Assembly: GCF_022846255.1 (NCBI RefSeq)
Contig: NZ_AP025682.1
Length of the DNA: 64,000 nucleotides
Source: Escherichia coli
GTDB lineage: Bacteria; Pseudomonadota; Gammaproteobacteria; Enterobacterales; Enterobacteriaceae
Reading direction: 5' to 3' (one strand)
Shown: positions 46,270-56,333 of the stretch, one piece after another
Layout: every line of letters begins with the position of its first letter
Position numbering within the stretch: the stretch's first letter is position 1
The notes under the pieces: generated by a model
What the model saw: only the letters and a program-made list of their open reading frames with translations
Told to the model about the DNA's origin: nothing
The model's database searches: none
Program-made: the position numbers and the translations under genes

Positions 46270-47340
46270 ATGGCAGGACTGAAATTACAGGCAGTAACCA
46301 AAAGCTGGGATGGCAAAACCCAGGTCATTAAACCGCTGACCCTTGATGTGGCGGATGGCGAATTTATCGTGATGGTCGGGCCGTCTGGCTGCGGGAAATC
46401 GACGTTATTGCGAATGGTTGCCGGACTGGAGCGGGTAACGACGGGCGATATCTGGATCGACCGCAAGCGTGTCACCGAAATGGAGCCGAAAGATCGCGGG
46501 ATTGCGATGGTGTTCCAGAACTACGCGCTCTATCCGCATATGAGCGTAGAGGAGAACATGGCGTGGGGGCTGAAAATTCGCGGCATGGGCAAGCAACAAA
46601 TTGCCGAACGTGTTAAAGAAGCGGCGCGCATTCTGGAGCTGGACGGCCTGCTTAAGCGCCGCCCGCGTGAGCTATCCGGCGGTCAGCGTCAGCGTGTGGC
46701 GATGGGGCGTGCGATTGTGCGTGAGCCGGCAGTATTCCTGTTTGATGAGCCGCTCTCTAACCTCGATGCCAAGTTGCGTGTGCAGATGCGTCTTGAACTG
46801 CAACAGCTGCACCGTCGCCTGAAAACGACTTCACTCTACGTTACCCACGATCAGGTTGAGGCGATGACGCTCGCCCAGCGAGTAATGGTGATGAACGGCG
46901 GCGTTGCCGAACAGATTGGCACGCCAGTTGAAGTGTACGAAAAGCCCGCCAGCCTGTTTGTGGCGAGTTTTATCGGCAGTCCGGCGATGAATCTGCTGGC
47001 AGGGCGTGTGAATAACGAAGGTACGCATTTCGAACTGGATGGTGGTATTACGCTGCTGCTAAACGGTGGCTACCGTCAGTATGCCGGGCGTAAAATGACC
47101 CTCGGCATTCGCCCGGAACATATAGCGCTAAGCTCGCAGGCAGAAGGTGGTGTGCCGCTGGTGATGGACACGCTGGAGATCCTCGGCGCAGATAACCTGG
47201 CGCACGGACGCTGGGGCGAACAGAAGCTGGTGGTGCGACTGGCGCATCAGGAGCGCCCGACGGCAGGCAGCACGCTGTGGCTGCATCTGCCGGAAAATCA
47301 GCTGCATCTTTTTGATGGTGAAACAGGACAACGAGTATGA
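46270..47340 (+). CDS. ugpC: sn-glycerol-3-phosphate ABC ATPase UgpC
   Basis: 356 aa from [13 protein letters not shown] ([17 protein letters not shown]). Confidence 0.95.
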   Translation: MAGLKLQAVTKSWDGKTQVIKPLTLDVADGEFIVMVGPSGCGKSTLLRMVAGLERVTTGDIWIDRKRVTEMEPKDRGIAMVFQNYALYPHMSVEENMAWGLKIRGMGKQQIAERVKEAARILELDGLLKRRPRELSGGQRQRVAMGRAIVREPAVFLFDEPLSNLDAKLRVQMRLELQQLHRRLKTTSLYVTHDQVEAMTLAQRVMVMNGGVAEQIGTPVEVYEKPASLFVASFIGSPAMNLLAGRVNNEGTHFELDGGITLLLNGGYRQYAGRKMTLGIRPEHIALSSQAEGGVPLVMDTLEILGADNLAHGRWGEQKLVVRLAHQERPTAGSTLWLHLPENQLHLFDGETGQRV

Positions 47341-48080
47341 GTAACTGGCCTTATCCCCGCATCGTCGCCCATCGTGGTGGCGGTAAGCTGGCCCCGGAAA
47401 ACACTCTGGCGGCAATCGACGTCGGGGCAAAATACGGTCATAAGATGATCGAATTTGACGCAAAGTTATCGAAAGATGGCGAGATCTTCCTGCTCCATGA
47501 CGACAATCTTGAACGCACCAGCAACGGCTGGGGCGTCGCGGGTGAACTGAACTGGCAGGATTTACTGCGCGTGGATGCAGGCAGTTGGTACAGCAAAGCG
47601 TTTAAAGGTGAGCCGCTGCCGTTGCTTTCGCAGGTGGCGAAACGTTGTCGCAAACACGGGATGATGGCGAATATCGAAATCAAGCCCACCACTGGCACCG
47701 GGCCATTAACGGGCAAAATGGTGGCGCTGGCGGCACGCGAACTTTGGGAAGGTATGATGCCGCCGCTGCTGTCATCGTTTGAGATTGATGCTTTAGAAGC
47801 CGCGCAACAGGCAGCACCGGAACTGCCGCGTGGTTTATTGCTTGATGAATGGCGCGACGACTGGCGAGAATTGACCGCGCGACTGGGCTGCGTCTCTATT
47901 CATCTCAATCATAAGTTGCTCGATAAAGCGCGAGTGATGCAGTTGAAAGATGCCGGATTACGGATTCTGGTTTATACCGTCAATAAACCCCAGCGCGCGG
48001 CAGAGTTGCTGCGCTGGGGCGTGGATTGCATCTGTACCGATGCGATTGACGTGATTGGTCCGAACTTTACGGCCCAATAG
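47337..48080 (+). CDS. ugpQ: Glycerophosphodiester phosphodiesterase UgpQ
   Basis: 247 aa; HRG motif (AHRGG) near N-terminus. Confidence 0.95.
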   Translation: MSNWPYPRIVAHRGGGKLAPENTLAAIDVGAKYGHKMIEFDAKLSKDGEIFLLHDDNLERTSNGWGVAGELNWQDLLRVDAGSWYSKAFKGEPLPLLSQVAKRCRKHGMMANIEIKPTTGTGPLTGKMVALAARELWEGMMPPLLSSFEIDALEAAQQAAPELPRGLLLDEWRDDWRELTARLGCVSIHLNHKLLDKARVMQLKDAGLRILVYTVNKPQRAAELLRWGVDCICTDAIDVIGPNFTAQ

Positions 48081-48507
48081 TTTTCAACGGAATGTCAGGC
48101 TGCGGCGTGCTGGGCTGATTCAGCATGTCGCCGTTTCTCCTCTCCGGCAGCATATGCTGCTGATTCAACGAACTATCCGGATTACGGTTGCTGTTTAACA
48201 TCCCGCCGTTGGTGTTGGGCAGCATTTGCTGCCGGGCGGGATTTCGCTCCCCCGGCTGTGACTGCAACACCCGCTGAGAATTATTGTTTATCTGGTTTTC
48301 TAAATGCTGCTGTTGCAGCTGCGTTTGCGTTTTCAGTTGCTGGTTCAGCATCCCTTTTTGCTGGATTTGCTGCGTCTGCATTTGAGTTTGCATCCGCTGC
48401 TGGCTGGGGATCTGATATCCCGGCTGGTTAGGGTTGTTCAGAGTATTAATGGGCTGTGCAAAGCCGACAAACGGCAGGAGTGCCGTCAAAAGCAGAAGTC
48501 GTTTCAT
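48067..48507 (-). CDS. yhhA: Secreted Q/N-rich protein YhhA
   Basis: 146 aa with signal peptide and glutamine/asparagine-rich low-complexity sequence; 3' end overlaps ugpQ. Confidence 0.85.
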   Translation of the reverse strand: MKRLLLLTALLPFVGFAQPINTLNNPNQPGYQIPSQQRMQTQMQTQQIQQKGMLNQQLKTQTQLQQQHLENQINNNSQRVLQSQPGERNPARQQMLPNTNGGMLNSNRNPDSSLNQQHMLPERRNGDMLNQPSTPQPDIPLKTIGP

Positions 48508-48626
48508 CGCGTATCCTCCTCTGAAGATATTCTTTAAGTTTACTCGCTTCCCGGCAAAACGATGATTAATTCAGAGTTATATACCAGGCTTAGCTGGGGT
48601 TGCCCCTTAATCTCTGGAGAATAACG

Positions 48627-50360
48627 ATGATAAAACCGACGTTTTTACGCCGGGTGGCCATTGCTGCTCTGCTCACAGGAAGTTGTTTTAGTACGGTAGC
48701 CGCGCCACCTGTTTCTTATGGTGTGGAGGAAGATGTCTTCCATCCGGTACGCGCTAAGCAGGGAATGGTGGCGTCTGTAGATGCTACTGCCACTCAGGTG
48801 GGGGTGGATATCCTCAAGGAGGGCGGGAATGCCGTTGATGCTGCCGTGGCGGTGGGCTACGCGCTGGCAGTAACGCATCCGCAGGCAGGGAATCTGGGCG
48901 GCGGTGGTTTTATGCTGATCCGCTCGAAAAATGGCAATACCACGGCTATCGATTTCCGCGAAATGGCACCCGCCAAAGCGACCCGCGATATGTTCCTCGA
49001 TGATCAGGGCAACCCGGACAGCAAAAAATCACTCACTTCGCATCTGGCTTCCGGCACACCCGGTACGGTAGCGGGTTTCTCGTTGGCGCTGGATAAATAC
49101 GGCACCATGCCGTTGAATAAAGTGGTGCAACCGGCGTTTAAACTGGCACGCGATGGTTTTATCGTTAACGACGCGCTGGCTGACGATCTCAAAACCTACG
49201 GCAGTGAAGTGCTGCCGAACCACGAAAACAGCAAAGCTATCTTCTGGAAAGAGGGCGAACCGCTGAAAAAGGGCGACAAGCTGGTGCAGGCGAACCTGGC
49301 AAAGAGCCTGGAGATGATTGCCGAAAACGGCCCGGATGAATTCTACAAAGGCACGATAGCGGAACAGATTGCCCAGGAGATGCAGAAAAACGGTGGCTTG
49401 ATCAGCAAAGAAGATTTAGCGGCATATAAAGCGGTCGAACGCACACCGATAAGCGGCGATTATCGCGGGTATCAGGTTTACTCCATGCCACCGCCATCTT
49501 CCGGCGGTATTCATATCGTACAAATCCTCAATATTCTGGAAAACTTCGATATGCAGAAGTACGGCTTTGGCAGCGCCGACGCGATGCAAATCATGGCAGA
49601 AGCTGAGAAATACGCCTATGCCGACCGCTCGGAATATCTTGGCGACCCGGATTTTGTCAAAGTACCGTGGCAGGCGCTGACCAATAAAGCCTATGCCAAA
49701 TCTATTGCCGATCAAATCGATATCAATAAAGCGAAGCCATCCAGCGAAATTCGTCCTGGCAAGCTTGCGCCTTATGAGAGTAATCAAACTACCCATTACT
49801 CAGTAGTGGATAAAGACGGTAACGCCGTGGCGGTGACCTATACGCTGAACACCACCTTCGGTACGGGCATTGTCGCGGGCGAGAGCGGTATTTTGCTCAA
49901 TAACCAGATGGATGATTTCTCCGCCAAACCAGGCGTACCGAACGTTTACGGGCTGGTGGGCGGCGATGCCAACGCCGTCGGGCCGAATAAACGCCCGCTG
50001 TCGTCGATGTCACCAACCATTGTGGTCAAGGATGGTAAAACCTGGCTGGTCACCGGAAGCCCAGGCGGTAGCCGGATTATCACCACTGTGCTGCAAATGG
50101 TGGTGAATAGCATCGATTATGGAATGAACGTCGCCGAAGCGACCAATGCGCCGCGTTTCCACCATCAGTGGTTGCCGGACGAGCTGCGTGTCGAAAAAGG
50201 GTTTAGCCCGGATACGATCAAGCTGCTGGAAGCAAAAGGTCAGAAAGTGGCGCTGAAAGAGGCGATGGGCAGTACACAAAGCATTATGGTTGGGCCGGAC
50301 GGTGAGCTGTACGGTGCATCCGACCCGCGCTCGGTGGATGATTTAACGGCGGGTTATTAA
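48627..50360 (+). CDS. ggt: Gamma-glutamyltranspeptidase
   Basis: 577 aa from MIKPTFLRRVAIAALL (signal peptide); catalytic Thr in the TTHYSVVDKDGNAV autoprocessing region. Confidence 0.95.
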   Translation: MIKPTFLRRVAIAALLTGSCFSTVAAPPVSYGVEEDVFHPVRAKQGMVASVDATATQVGVDILKEGGNAVDAAVAVGYALAVTHPQAGNLGGGGFMLIRSKNGNTTAIDFREMAPAKATRDMFLDDQGNPDSKKSLTSHLASGTPGTVAGFSLALDKYGTMPLNKVVQPAFKLARDGFIVNDALADDLKTYGSEVLPNHENSKAIFWKEGEPLKKGDKLVQANLAKSLEMIAENGPDEFYKGTIAEQIAQEMQKNGGLISKEDLAAYKAVERTPISGDYRGYQVYSMPPPSSGGIHIVQILNILENFDMQKYGFGSADAMQIMAEAEKYAYADRSEYLGDPDFVKVPWQALTNKAYAKSIADQIDINKAKPSSEIRPGKLAPYESNQTTHYSVVDKDGNAVAVTYTLNTTFGTGIVAGESGILLNNQMDDFSAKPGVPNVYGLVGGDANAVGPNKRPLSSMSPTIVVKDGKTWLVTGSPGGSRIITTVLQMVVNSIDYGMNVAEATNAPRFHHQWLPDELRVEKGFSPDTIKLLEAKGQKVALKEAMGSTQSIMVGPDGELYGASDPRSVDDLTAGY

Positions 50361-50420
50361 TATCTTAAGCCCTCTCCCGGTAGGTGAGGGCTTAAATGAC
50401 AAACTGAGATTACAAATTCT

Positions 50421-50909
50421 CTATTTCACCCGCGCCATATAATACGCATCGACATATTCACCATTACGCAGCGCGTACTTCTTGCCAGTCCCTTCAATCT
50501 CAAAGCCAAATTTTTTATAGACCTTAATTGCTGGCGCGTTATCGACGAACACCGTTAGCTCAATACGATCTACCCGCAACCAGTTGTCGCACATTTCAAT
50601 CATCTCTCGCATCAGGGCGCTGGCGACGCCGCGGTTCTTCCAACGGGAGTCGACACAGATACCAAAATCGGCAACATGACTGCGGCGTGGGCGTTGTTGC
50701 ACGTCAATGGTGAGATGGCCTACGACGATTCCATCAATACAGGCGACTAACTGCTTGATGCCAGGGCGAGCGGTGAGTCGTTCCAGCCACATTTGTTCTG
50801 AAGGATGAGGCACCTGTAGCGTGTTGTAATACACCTCCGGCTGGGCGTGAATCTGCCTGATGGCCTCGTGATCGCGTGTTTCTGCGTGGCGTATTACTAT
50901 CTCACTCAT
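50421..50909 (-). CDS. yhhY: GNAT-family N-acetyltransferase YhhY
   Basis: 162 aa from MSEIVIRHAETRDHEAIRQIH; GNAT motifs (RWKNRGVASALM). Confidence 0.9.
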   Translation of the reverse strand: MSEIVIRHAETRDHEAIRQIHAQPEVYYNTLQVPHPSEQMWLERLTARPGIKQLVACIDGIVVGHLTIDVQQRPRRSHVADFGICVDSRWKNRGVASALMREMIEMCDNWLRVDRIELTVFVDNAPAIKVYKKFGFEIEGTGKKYALRNGEYVDAYYMARVK

Positions 50910-51005
50910 TCCTTTGTCCTCTTTGGGGTAAATGTCCCTTTCAACATCATTGACTTTCAAATGCGAGTCAAATGCATTTTTTTGCAAAAAGTGTTGGACA
51001 AGTGC

Positions 51006-51028
51006 GAATGAGAATGATTATTATTGTC
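51006..51028 (+). promoter_or_regulatory. Fur box overlapping the ryhB promoter
   Basis: GAATGAGAATGATTATTATTGTC, AT-rich hexamer repeats of the Fur consensus immediately upstream of the RyhB +1. Confidence 0.8.
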
Positions 51029-51118
51029 TCGCGATCAGGAAGACCCTCGCGGAGAACCTGAAAGCACGACATTGCTCACATTGCTTCCAGTATTACTTAG
51101 CCAGCCGGGTGCTGGCTT
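51029..51118 (+). ncRNA. ryhB: Small RNA RyhB (iron-sparing Fur-regulated sRNA)
   Basis: Sequence GCGATCAGGAAGACCCTCGCGGAGAACCTGAAAGCACGACATTGCTCACATTGCTTCCAGTATTACTTAGCCAGCCGGGTGCTGGCTTTT matches the RyhB sequence as I recall it; ends in a GC hairpin plus T-run terminator. Confidence 0.95.
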
Positions 51119-51242
51119 TTTTTTTGATCTTTCGTTCTCAATTTATCCTCGGGAAGTGCTTGTGTTCGTTATGCGCACTCCAGTAGGAACCACGTCCGCT
51201 TTGCGCTAAGGTGTAAATAACCACCTTAAAAAGGACGAAATC

Positions 51243-52280
51243 ATGGTCATTAACTGCGCCTTTATTGGCTTCGGCAAAAGCACCACCCGTTACCATCTGC
51301 CGTATGTACTTAACCGCAAGGATAGCTGGCATGTCGCGCATATCTTTCGCCGCCATGCGAAGCCGGAAGAACAGGCCCCCATTTATTCCCATATCCATTT
51401 CACCAGCGATCTCGACGAAGTGCTAAACGATCCCGATGTTAAGCTGGTTGTCGTCTGCACCCACGCGGACAGCCACTTCGAGTACGCGAAGCGCGCGCTG
51501 GAAGCCGGGAAAAATGTGCTGGTCGAAAAACCGTTCACTCCGACAATTGCGCAGGCGAAAGAGCTGTTTGCACTGGCGAAAAGCAAAGGGCTGATCGTTA
51601 CGCCGTATCAGAATCGTCGCTTTGATTCCTGCTTCCTGACAGCGAAAAAAGCGATTGAAAGCGGCAAGCTGGGAGAGATTGTCGAAGTGGAAAGCCATTT
51701 TGACTATTACCGCCCGGTGGCAGAAACCAAACCGGGGCTACCGCAGGATGGCGCGTTCTATGGCCTTGGTGTGCATACGATGGACCAGATTATTTCTCTG
51801 TTCGGTCGCCCGGATCACGTCGCTTATGACATCCGCAGCCTGCGTAATAAAGCCAATCCGGACGACACCTTTGAAGCGCAGTTGTTTTATGGCGATCTAA
51901 AAGCCATCGTCAAAACCAGCCATCTGGTGAAAATCGATTATCCGAAATTTATCGTTCACGGTAAGAAAGGTTCGTTTATTAAATACGGTATCGACCAGCA
52001 GGAAACCAGCCTGAAGGCTAATATTATGCCGGGCGAACCAGGATTCGCAGCGGATGATTCGGTCGGTGTGCTGGAGTATGTCAATGACGAGGGCGTGACG
52101 GTAAGGGAAGAGATGAAGCCAGAGATGGGCGATTATGGGCGCGTTTATGATGCGTTGTATCAAACCATCACCAACGGTGCGCCAAATTACGTCAAGGAAT
52201 CTGAAGTTCTTACGAATCTGGAAATCCTTGAACGCGGTTTTGAGCAAGCTTCTCCCTCCGCAGTGACTCTCGCGAGGTAA
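51243..52280 (+). CDS. yhhX: Gfo/Idh/MocA-family oxidoreductase YhhX
   Basis: 345 aa; N-terminal Rossmann fold. Confidence 0.9.
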   Translation: MVINCAFIGFGKSTTRYHLPYVLNRKDSWHVAHIFRRHAKPEEQAPIYSHIHFTSDLDEVLNDPDVKLVVVCTHADSHFEYAKRALEAGKNVLVEKPFTPTIAQAKELFALAKSKGLIVTPYQNRRFDSCFLTAKKAIESGKLGEIVEVESHFDYYRPVAETKPGLPQDGAFYGLGVHTMDQIISLFGRPDHVAYDIRSLRNKANPDDTFEAQLFYGDLKAIVKTSHLVKIDYPKFIVHGKKGSFIKYGIDQQETSLKANIMPGEPGFAADDSVGVLEYVNDEGVTVREEMKPEMGDYGRVYDALYQTITNGAPNYVKESEVLTNLEILERGFEQASPSAVTLAR

Positions 52281-52402
52281 GTTTGATGGCCCCTCGAATA
52301 GTTCAATTTTTTTGAACAGAGGGGTCAATTTTCACCCTCTATCATCCCAGGCGGATCGGGTCCACACTAAGCCCATCGAAATCATTCAGGGGGCGAATAC
52401 AA

Positions 52403-53098
52403 ATGATCTACTTACGCAAAGCAAATGAACGCGGTCATGCAAATCATGGCTGGCTGGACTCCTGGCATACTTTCTCTTTTGCCAACTATTACGATCCGAA
52501 TTTTATGGGCTTCTCTGCGCTGCGCGTGATTAACGACGACGTGATTGAAGCAGGGCAGGGCTTCGGCACTCACCCGCATAAAGATATGGAAATTTTGACC
52601 TACGTGCTGGAAGGTACTGTTGAGCACCAGGACAGCATGGGCAATAAAGAGCAGGTTCCGGCGGGCGAGTTCCAGATTATGAGTGCGGGTACGGGTATTC
52701 GTCACTCAGAGTACAACCCAAGCAGCACCGAGCGTCTGCATCTGTATCAGATCTGGATCATGCCTGAAGAAAACGGCATTACGCCGCGTTATGAACAGCG
52801 TCGCTTCGATGCCGTGCAGGGCAAACAACTGGTGCTTTCGCCGGATGCGCGTGATGGTTCATTGAAAGTGCATCAGGATATGGAACTGTATCGTTGGGCG
52901 CTGGTGAAAGATGAGCGGTCGGTGCATCAGATTGCCGCTGAACGCCGCGTCTGGATCCAGGTGGTGAAAGGCAATGTCACCATTAACGGCGTGAAAGCCT
53001 CGACCAGCGATGGTCTGGCAATCTGGGATGAGCAGGCGATTTCCATCCATGCTGATAGCGACAGTGAAATCCTGCTGTTTGATTTACCGCCAGTCTAA
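52403..53098 (+). CDS. yhhW: Pirin-like quercetin 2,3-dioxygenase YhhW
   Basis: 231 aa cupin; HPH...E metal-binding residues (GFGTHPHKDMEIL). Confidence 0.9.
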   Translation: MIYLRKANERGHANHGWLDSWHTFSFANYYDPNFMGFSALRVINDDVIEAGQGFGTHPHKDMEILTYVLEGTVEHQDSMGNKEQVPAGEFQIMSAGTGIRHSEYNPSSTERLHLYQIWIMPEENGITPRYEQRRFDAVQGKQLVLSPDARDGSLKVHQDMELYRWALVKDERSVHQIAAERRVWIQVVKGNVTINGVKASTSDGLAIWDEQAISIHADSDSEILLFDLPPV

Positions 53099-53190
53099 AT
53101 TTATCTCACAAACCTTCCTGAGGAATCGGGAAGGTTGTGATGCGTCCGTGTTAAACTAAGAGAATCTATCTCTTTTGTACCTTCAGGACG

Positions 53191-54186
53191 ATGAAAAAGA
53201 AAAGACCCGTACTTCAGGATGTGGCTGACCGTGTAGGCGTGACCAAAATGACGGTCAGCCGTTTTTTACGCAACCCGGAGCAGGTTTCCGTCGCTCTACG
53301 CGGCAAGATTGCCGCCGCTCTTGATGAACTGGGTTATATTCCCAATCGCGCGCCCGATATACTCTCTAACGCCACCAGCCGGGCGATTGGCGTCCTGTTA
53401 CCTTCTCTCACCAACCAGGTTTTCGCGGAAGTATTACGCGGAATCGAAAGCGTCACCGACGCGCACGGTTATCAAACCATGCTGGCGCACTACGGTTATA
53501 AACCGGAAATGGAGCAAGAACGCCTCGAATCAATGCTCTCATGGAATATCGACGGCCTGATCCTCACCGAACGTACCCACACGCCGCGTACCTTAAAGAT
53601 GATTGAAGTGGCGGGGATTCCGGTGGTGGAGTTGATGGACAGTAAGTCGCCGTGCCTCGATATCGCCGTCGGTTTTGATAACTTTGAAGCGGCACGCCAG
53701 ATGACCACCGCCATTATTGCTCGCGGGCATCGTCACATTGCCTATCTCGGCGCACGCCTCGACGAACGTACTATCATCAAACAGAAGGGATACGAACAGG
53801 CGATGCTGGATGCAGGCCTGGTGCCGTATAGCGTGATGGTTGAGCAATCTTCTTCTTACTCTTCCGGTATTGAACTAATTCGCCAGGCGCGGCGGGAATA
53901 TCCGCAGCTGGATGGCGTGTTCTGTACTAATGATGACCTGGCGGTCGGCGCGGCGTTTGAATGTCAGCGTCTGGGGTTGAAAGTTCCTGACGATATGGCG
54001 ATTGCCGGTTTCCATGGTCATGACATTGGTCAGGTGATGGAGCCACGGCTGGCGAGTGTGCTGACGCCGCGTGAGCGGATGGGCAGCATTGGCGCTGAGC
54101 GCCTGCTGGCGCGTATTCGTGGCGAATCTGTGACACCGAAAATGTTAGATTTAGGTTTCACCTTGTCACCGGGCGGATCTATTTAA
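53191..54186 (+). CDS. gntR: Gluconate operon repressor GntR (LacI family)
   Basis: 331 aa; N-terminal LacI-type HTH (LQDVADRVGVTKMTVSRFL). Confidence 0.95.
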   Translation: MKKKRPVLQDVADRVGVTKMTVSRFLRNPEQVSVALRGKIAAALDELGYIPNRAPDILSNATSRAIGVLLPSLTNQVFAEVLRGIESVTDAHGYQTMLAHYGYKPEMEQERLESMLSWNIDGLILTERTHTPRTLKMIEVAGIPVVELMDSKSPCLDIAVGFDNFEAARQMTTAIIARGHRHIAYLGARLDERTIIKQKGYEQAMLDAGLVPYSVMVEQSSSYSSGIELIRQARREYPQLDGVFCTNDDLAVGAAFECQRLGLKVPDDMAIAGFHGHDIGQVMEPRLASVLTPRERMGSIGAERLLARIRGESVTPKMLDLGFTLSPGGSI

Positions 54187-54265
54187 GCCTACAAATTTGA
54201 AGTAGCTCACACTTATACACTTAAGGCACGGATGGATATTGCTTCTGATATTGTCCGGCTGGACA

Positions 54266-54294
54266 ATGTTACCGATAACAGTTACCCGTAACAT
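54266..54294 (+). promoter_or_regulatory. GntR operator sites in the gntKU promoter
   Basis: ATGTTACCGATAACAGTTACCCGTAACAT contains tandem/palindromic GntR-type half-sites just upstream of gntK. Confidence 0.75.
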
Positions 54295-54324
54295 TTTTAA
54301 TTCTTGTATTGTGGGGGCACCACT

Positions 54325-54852
54325 TTGAGCACGACTAACCATGATCACCACATTTACGTCTTGATGGGCGTATCGGGCAGCGGCAAATCTGCGGTCGCCA
54401 GTGAAGTGGCGCATCAACTTCATGCCGCGTTTCTTGATGGCGATTTCCTCCATCCGCGCTGCAATATCGAAAAAATGGCGTCTGGCGAACCGCTGAATGA
54501 CGACGATCGCAAACCGTGGTTGCAGGCGCTGAACGACGCCGCGTTTGCTATGCAGCGCACCAATAAAGTATCGCTGATCGTCTGTTCTGCACTGAAAAAA
54601 CACTATCGCGACTTGCTGCGTGAAGGTAATCCTAATCTCTCTTTCATCTACCTGAAAGGCGATTTTGATGTGATTGAAAGCCGCCTGAAAGCGCGCAAAG
54701 GCCATTTCTTTAAAACCCAAATGTTGGTGACGCAGTTTGAAACGCTGCAGGAGCCGGGTGCGGACGAAACCGATGTACTGGTGGTGGATATCGATCAACC
54801 GCTGGAAGGTGTTGTGGCAAGCACCATTGAGGTTATTAAAAAAGGCAAATAA
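54325..54852 (+). CDS. gntK: Thermoresistant gluconokinase GntK (TTG start)
   Basis: 175 aa from (M)STTNHDHHIYVLMGVSGSGKSAVA; P-loop present; start codon TTG. Confidence 0.93.
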   Translation: MSTTNHDHHIYVLMGVSGSGKSAVASEVAHQLHAAFLDGDFLHPRCNIEKMASGEPLNDDDRKPWLQALNDAAFAMQRTNKVSLIVCSALKKHYRDLLREGNPNLSFIYLKGDFDVIESRLKARKGHFFKTQMLVTQFETLQEPGADETDVLVVDIDQPLEGVVASTIEVIKKGK

Positions 54853-54855
54853 GTA

Positions 54856-56196
54856 GTGACTACATTAACGCTTGTTTTAACAGCAGTAGGGTCTGTTTTA
54901 CTGCTGCTGTTTTTAGTCATGAAGGCGCGTATGCACGCTTTCCTGGCTTTAATGGTGGTGTCCATGGGGGCTGGCCTTTTTTCCGGTATGCCGCTCGATA
55001 AAATCGCAGCGACGATGGAAAAAGGGATGGGAGGCACCCTCGGCTTCCTGGCGGTGGTTGTCGCCCTGGGAGCCATGTTTGGTAAGATCTTACATGAAAC
55101 CGGCGCGGTCGATCAGATTGCCGTCAAAATGCTCAAATCCTTCGGTCACAGCCGCGTGCATTATGCCATCGGCCTTGCGGGGCTGGTTTGTGCGCTACCG
55201 CTGTTCTTTGAAGTGGCGATTGTTCTGCTGATTAGCGTTGCTTTCTCAATGGCGCGCCACACCGGCACGAACCTGGTGAAGCTGGTAATCCCATTATTCG
55301 CCGGCGTGGCGGCAGCGGCTGCGTTCCTGGTGCCTGGGCCAGCGCCAATGCTGCTGGCATCGCAGATGAACGCCGACTTTGGCTGGATGATCCTGATTGG
55401 CCTGTGCGCGGCAATTCCGGGAATGATTATTGCCGGGCCGCTGTGGGGTAATTTCATCAGCCGCTACGTGGAGTTGCATATTCCTGACGACATCAGCGAA
55501 CCGCATCTCGGCGAAGGCAAAATGCCGTCCTTCGGATTCAGCCTGTCGCTGATCCTGTTGCCACTGGTGCTGGTGGGGCTGAAAACCATTGCCGCGCGTT
55601 TTGTGCCAGAAGGCTCTACCGCTTACGAATGGTTTGAGTTTATTGGTCATCCGTTTACCGCGATTCTGGTTGCTTGTCTGGTGGCGATTTACGGTCTGGC
55701 AATGCGTCAGGGTATGCCAAAAGACAAAGTGATGGAGATTTGCGGTCACGCGCTGCAACCGGCGGGGATCATTCTGCTGGTGATTGGTGCGGGCGGCGTG
55801 TTCAAACAGGTGCTGGTTGACTCTGGTGTCGGTCCGGCACTGGGCGAAGCGTTAACCGGCATGGGCCTGCCGATTGCCATCACCTGCTTCGTGCTGGCAG
55901 CTGCAGTGCGCATCATTCAGGGTTCTGCCACCGTTGCCTGTTTAACGGCGGTGGGACTGGTGATGCCGGTCATTGAACAACTGAACTACTCCGGTGCGCA
56001 AATGGCGGCACTGTCGATTTGTATCGCCGGTGGTTCGATTGTTGTCAGCCACGTTAACGACGCGGGTTTCTGGTTGTTCGGTAAATTTACCGGCGCGACC
56101 GAAGCCGAAACGCTTAAAACCTGGACCATGATGGAAACCATCCTCGGCACTGTCGGTGCCATCGTTGGGATGATTGCGTTCCAGCTGTTGAGTTAA
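54856..56196 (+). CDS. gntU: Low-affinity gluconate transporter GntU (GntP family)
   Basis: 446 aa multi-pass permease. Confidence 0.95.
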   Translation: MTTLTLVLTAVGSVLLLLFLVMKARMHAFLALMVVSMGAGLFSGMPLDKIAATMEKGMGGTLGFLAVVVALGAMFGKILHETGAVDQIAVKMLKSFGHSRVHYAIGLAGLVCALPLFFEVAIVLLISVAFSMARHTGTNLVKLVIPLFAGVAAAAAFLVPGPAPMLLASQMNADFGWMILIGLCAAIPGMIIAGPLWGNFISRYVELHIPDDISEPHLGEGKMPSFGFSLSLILLPLVLVGLKTIAARFVPEGSTAYEWFEFIGHPFTAILVACLVAIYGLAMRQGMPKDKVMEICGHALQPAGIILLVIGAGGVFKQVLVDSGVGPALGEALTGMGLPIAITCFVLAAAVRIIQGSATVACLTAVGLVMPVIEQLNYSGAQMAALSICIAGGSIVVSHVNDAGFWLFGKFTGATEAETLKTWTMMETILGTVGAIVGMIAFQLLS

Positions 56197-56207
56197 TTAC
56201 TGCGACA

Positions 56208-56250
56208 AATTACTGCGAGCTTGCTCGCAGTAATTCATTTCTCTTTTCTC
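56208..56250 (+). terminator. Intrinsic terminator downstream of gntU
   Basis: Perfect hairpin AATTACTGCGAG-CTTG-CTCGCAGTAATT followed by TCATTTCTCTTTTCTCC. Confidence 0.8.
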
Positions 56251-56333
56251 CTGTCTTCATCTTTTTGATCTCTCTCGCAAAAAGACCGGAACATTATCCG
56301 TTCTAATCACTGTGTTAACGGACGAGGGAGAAG

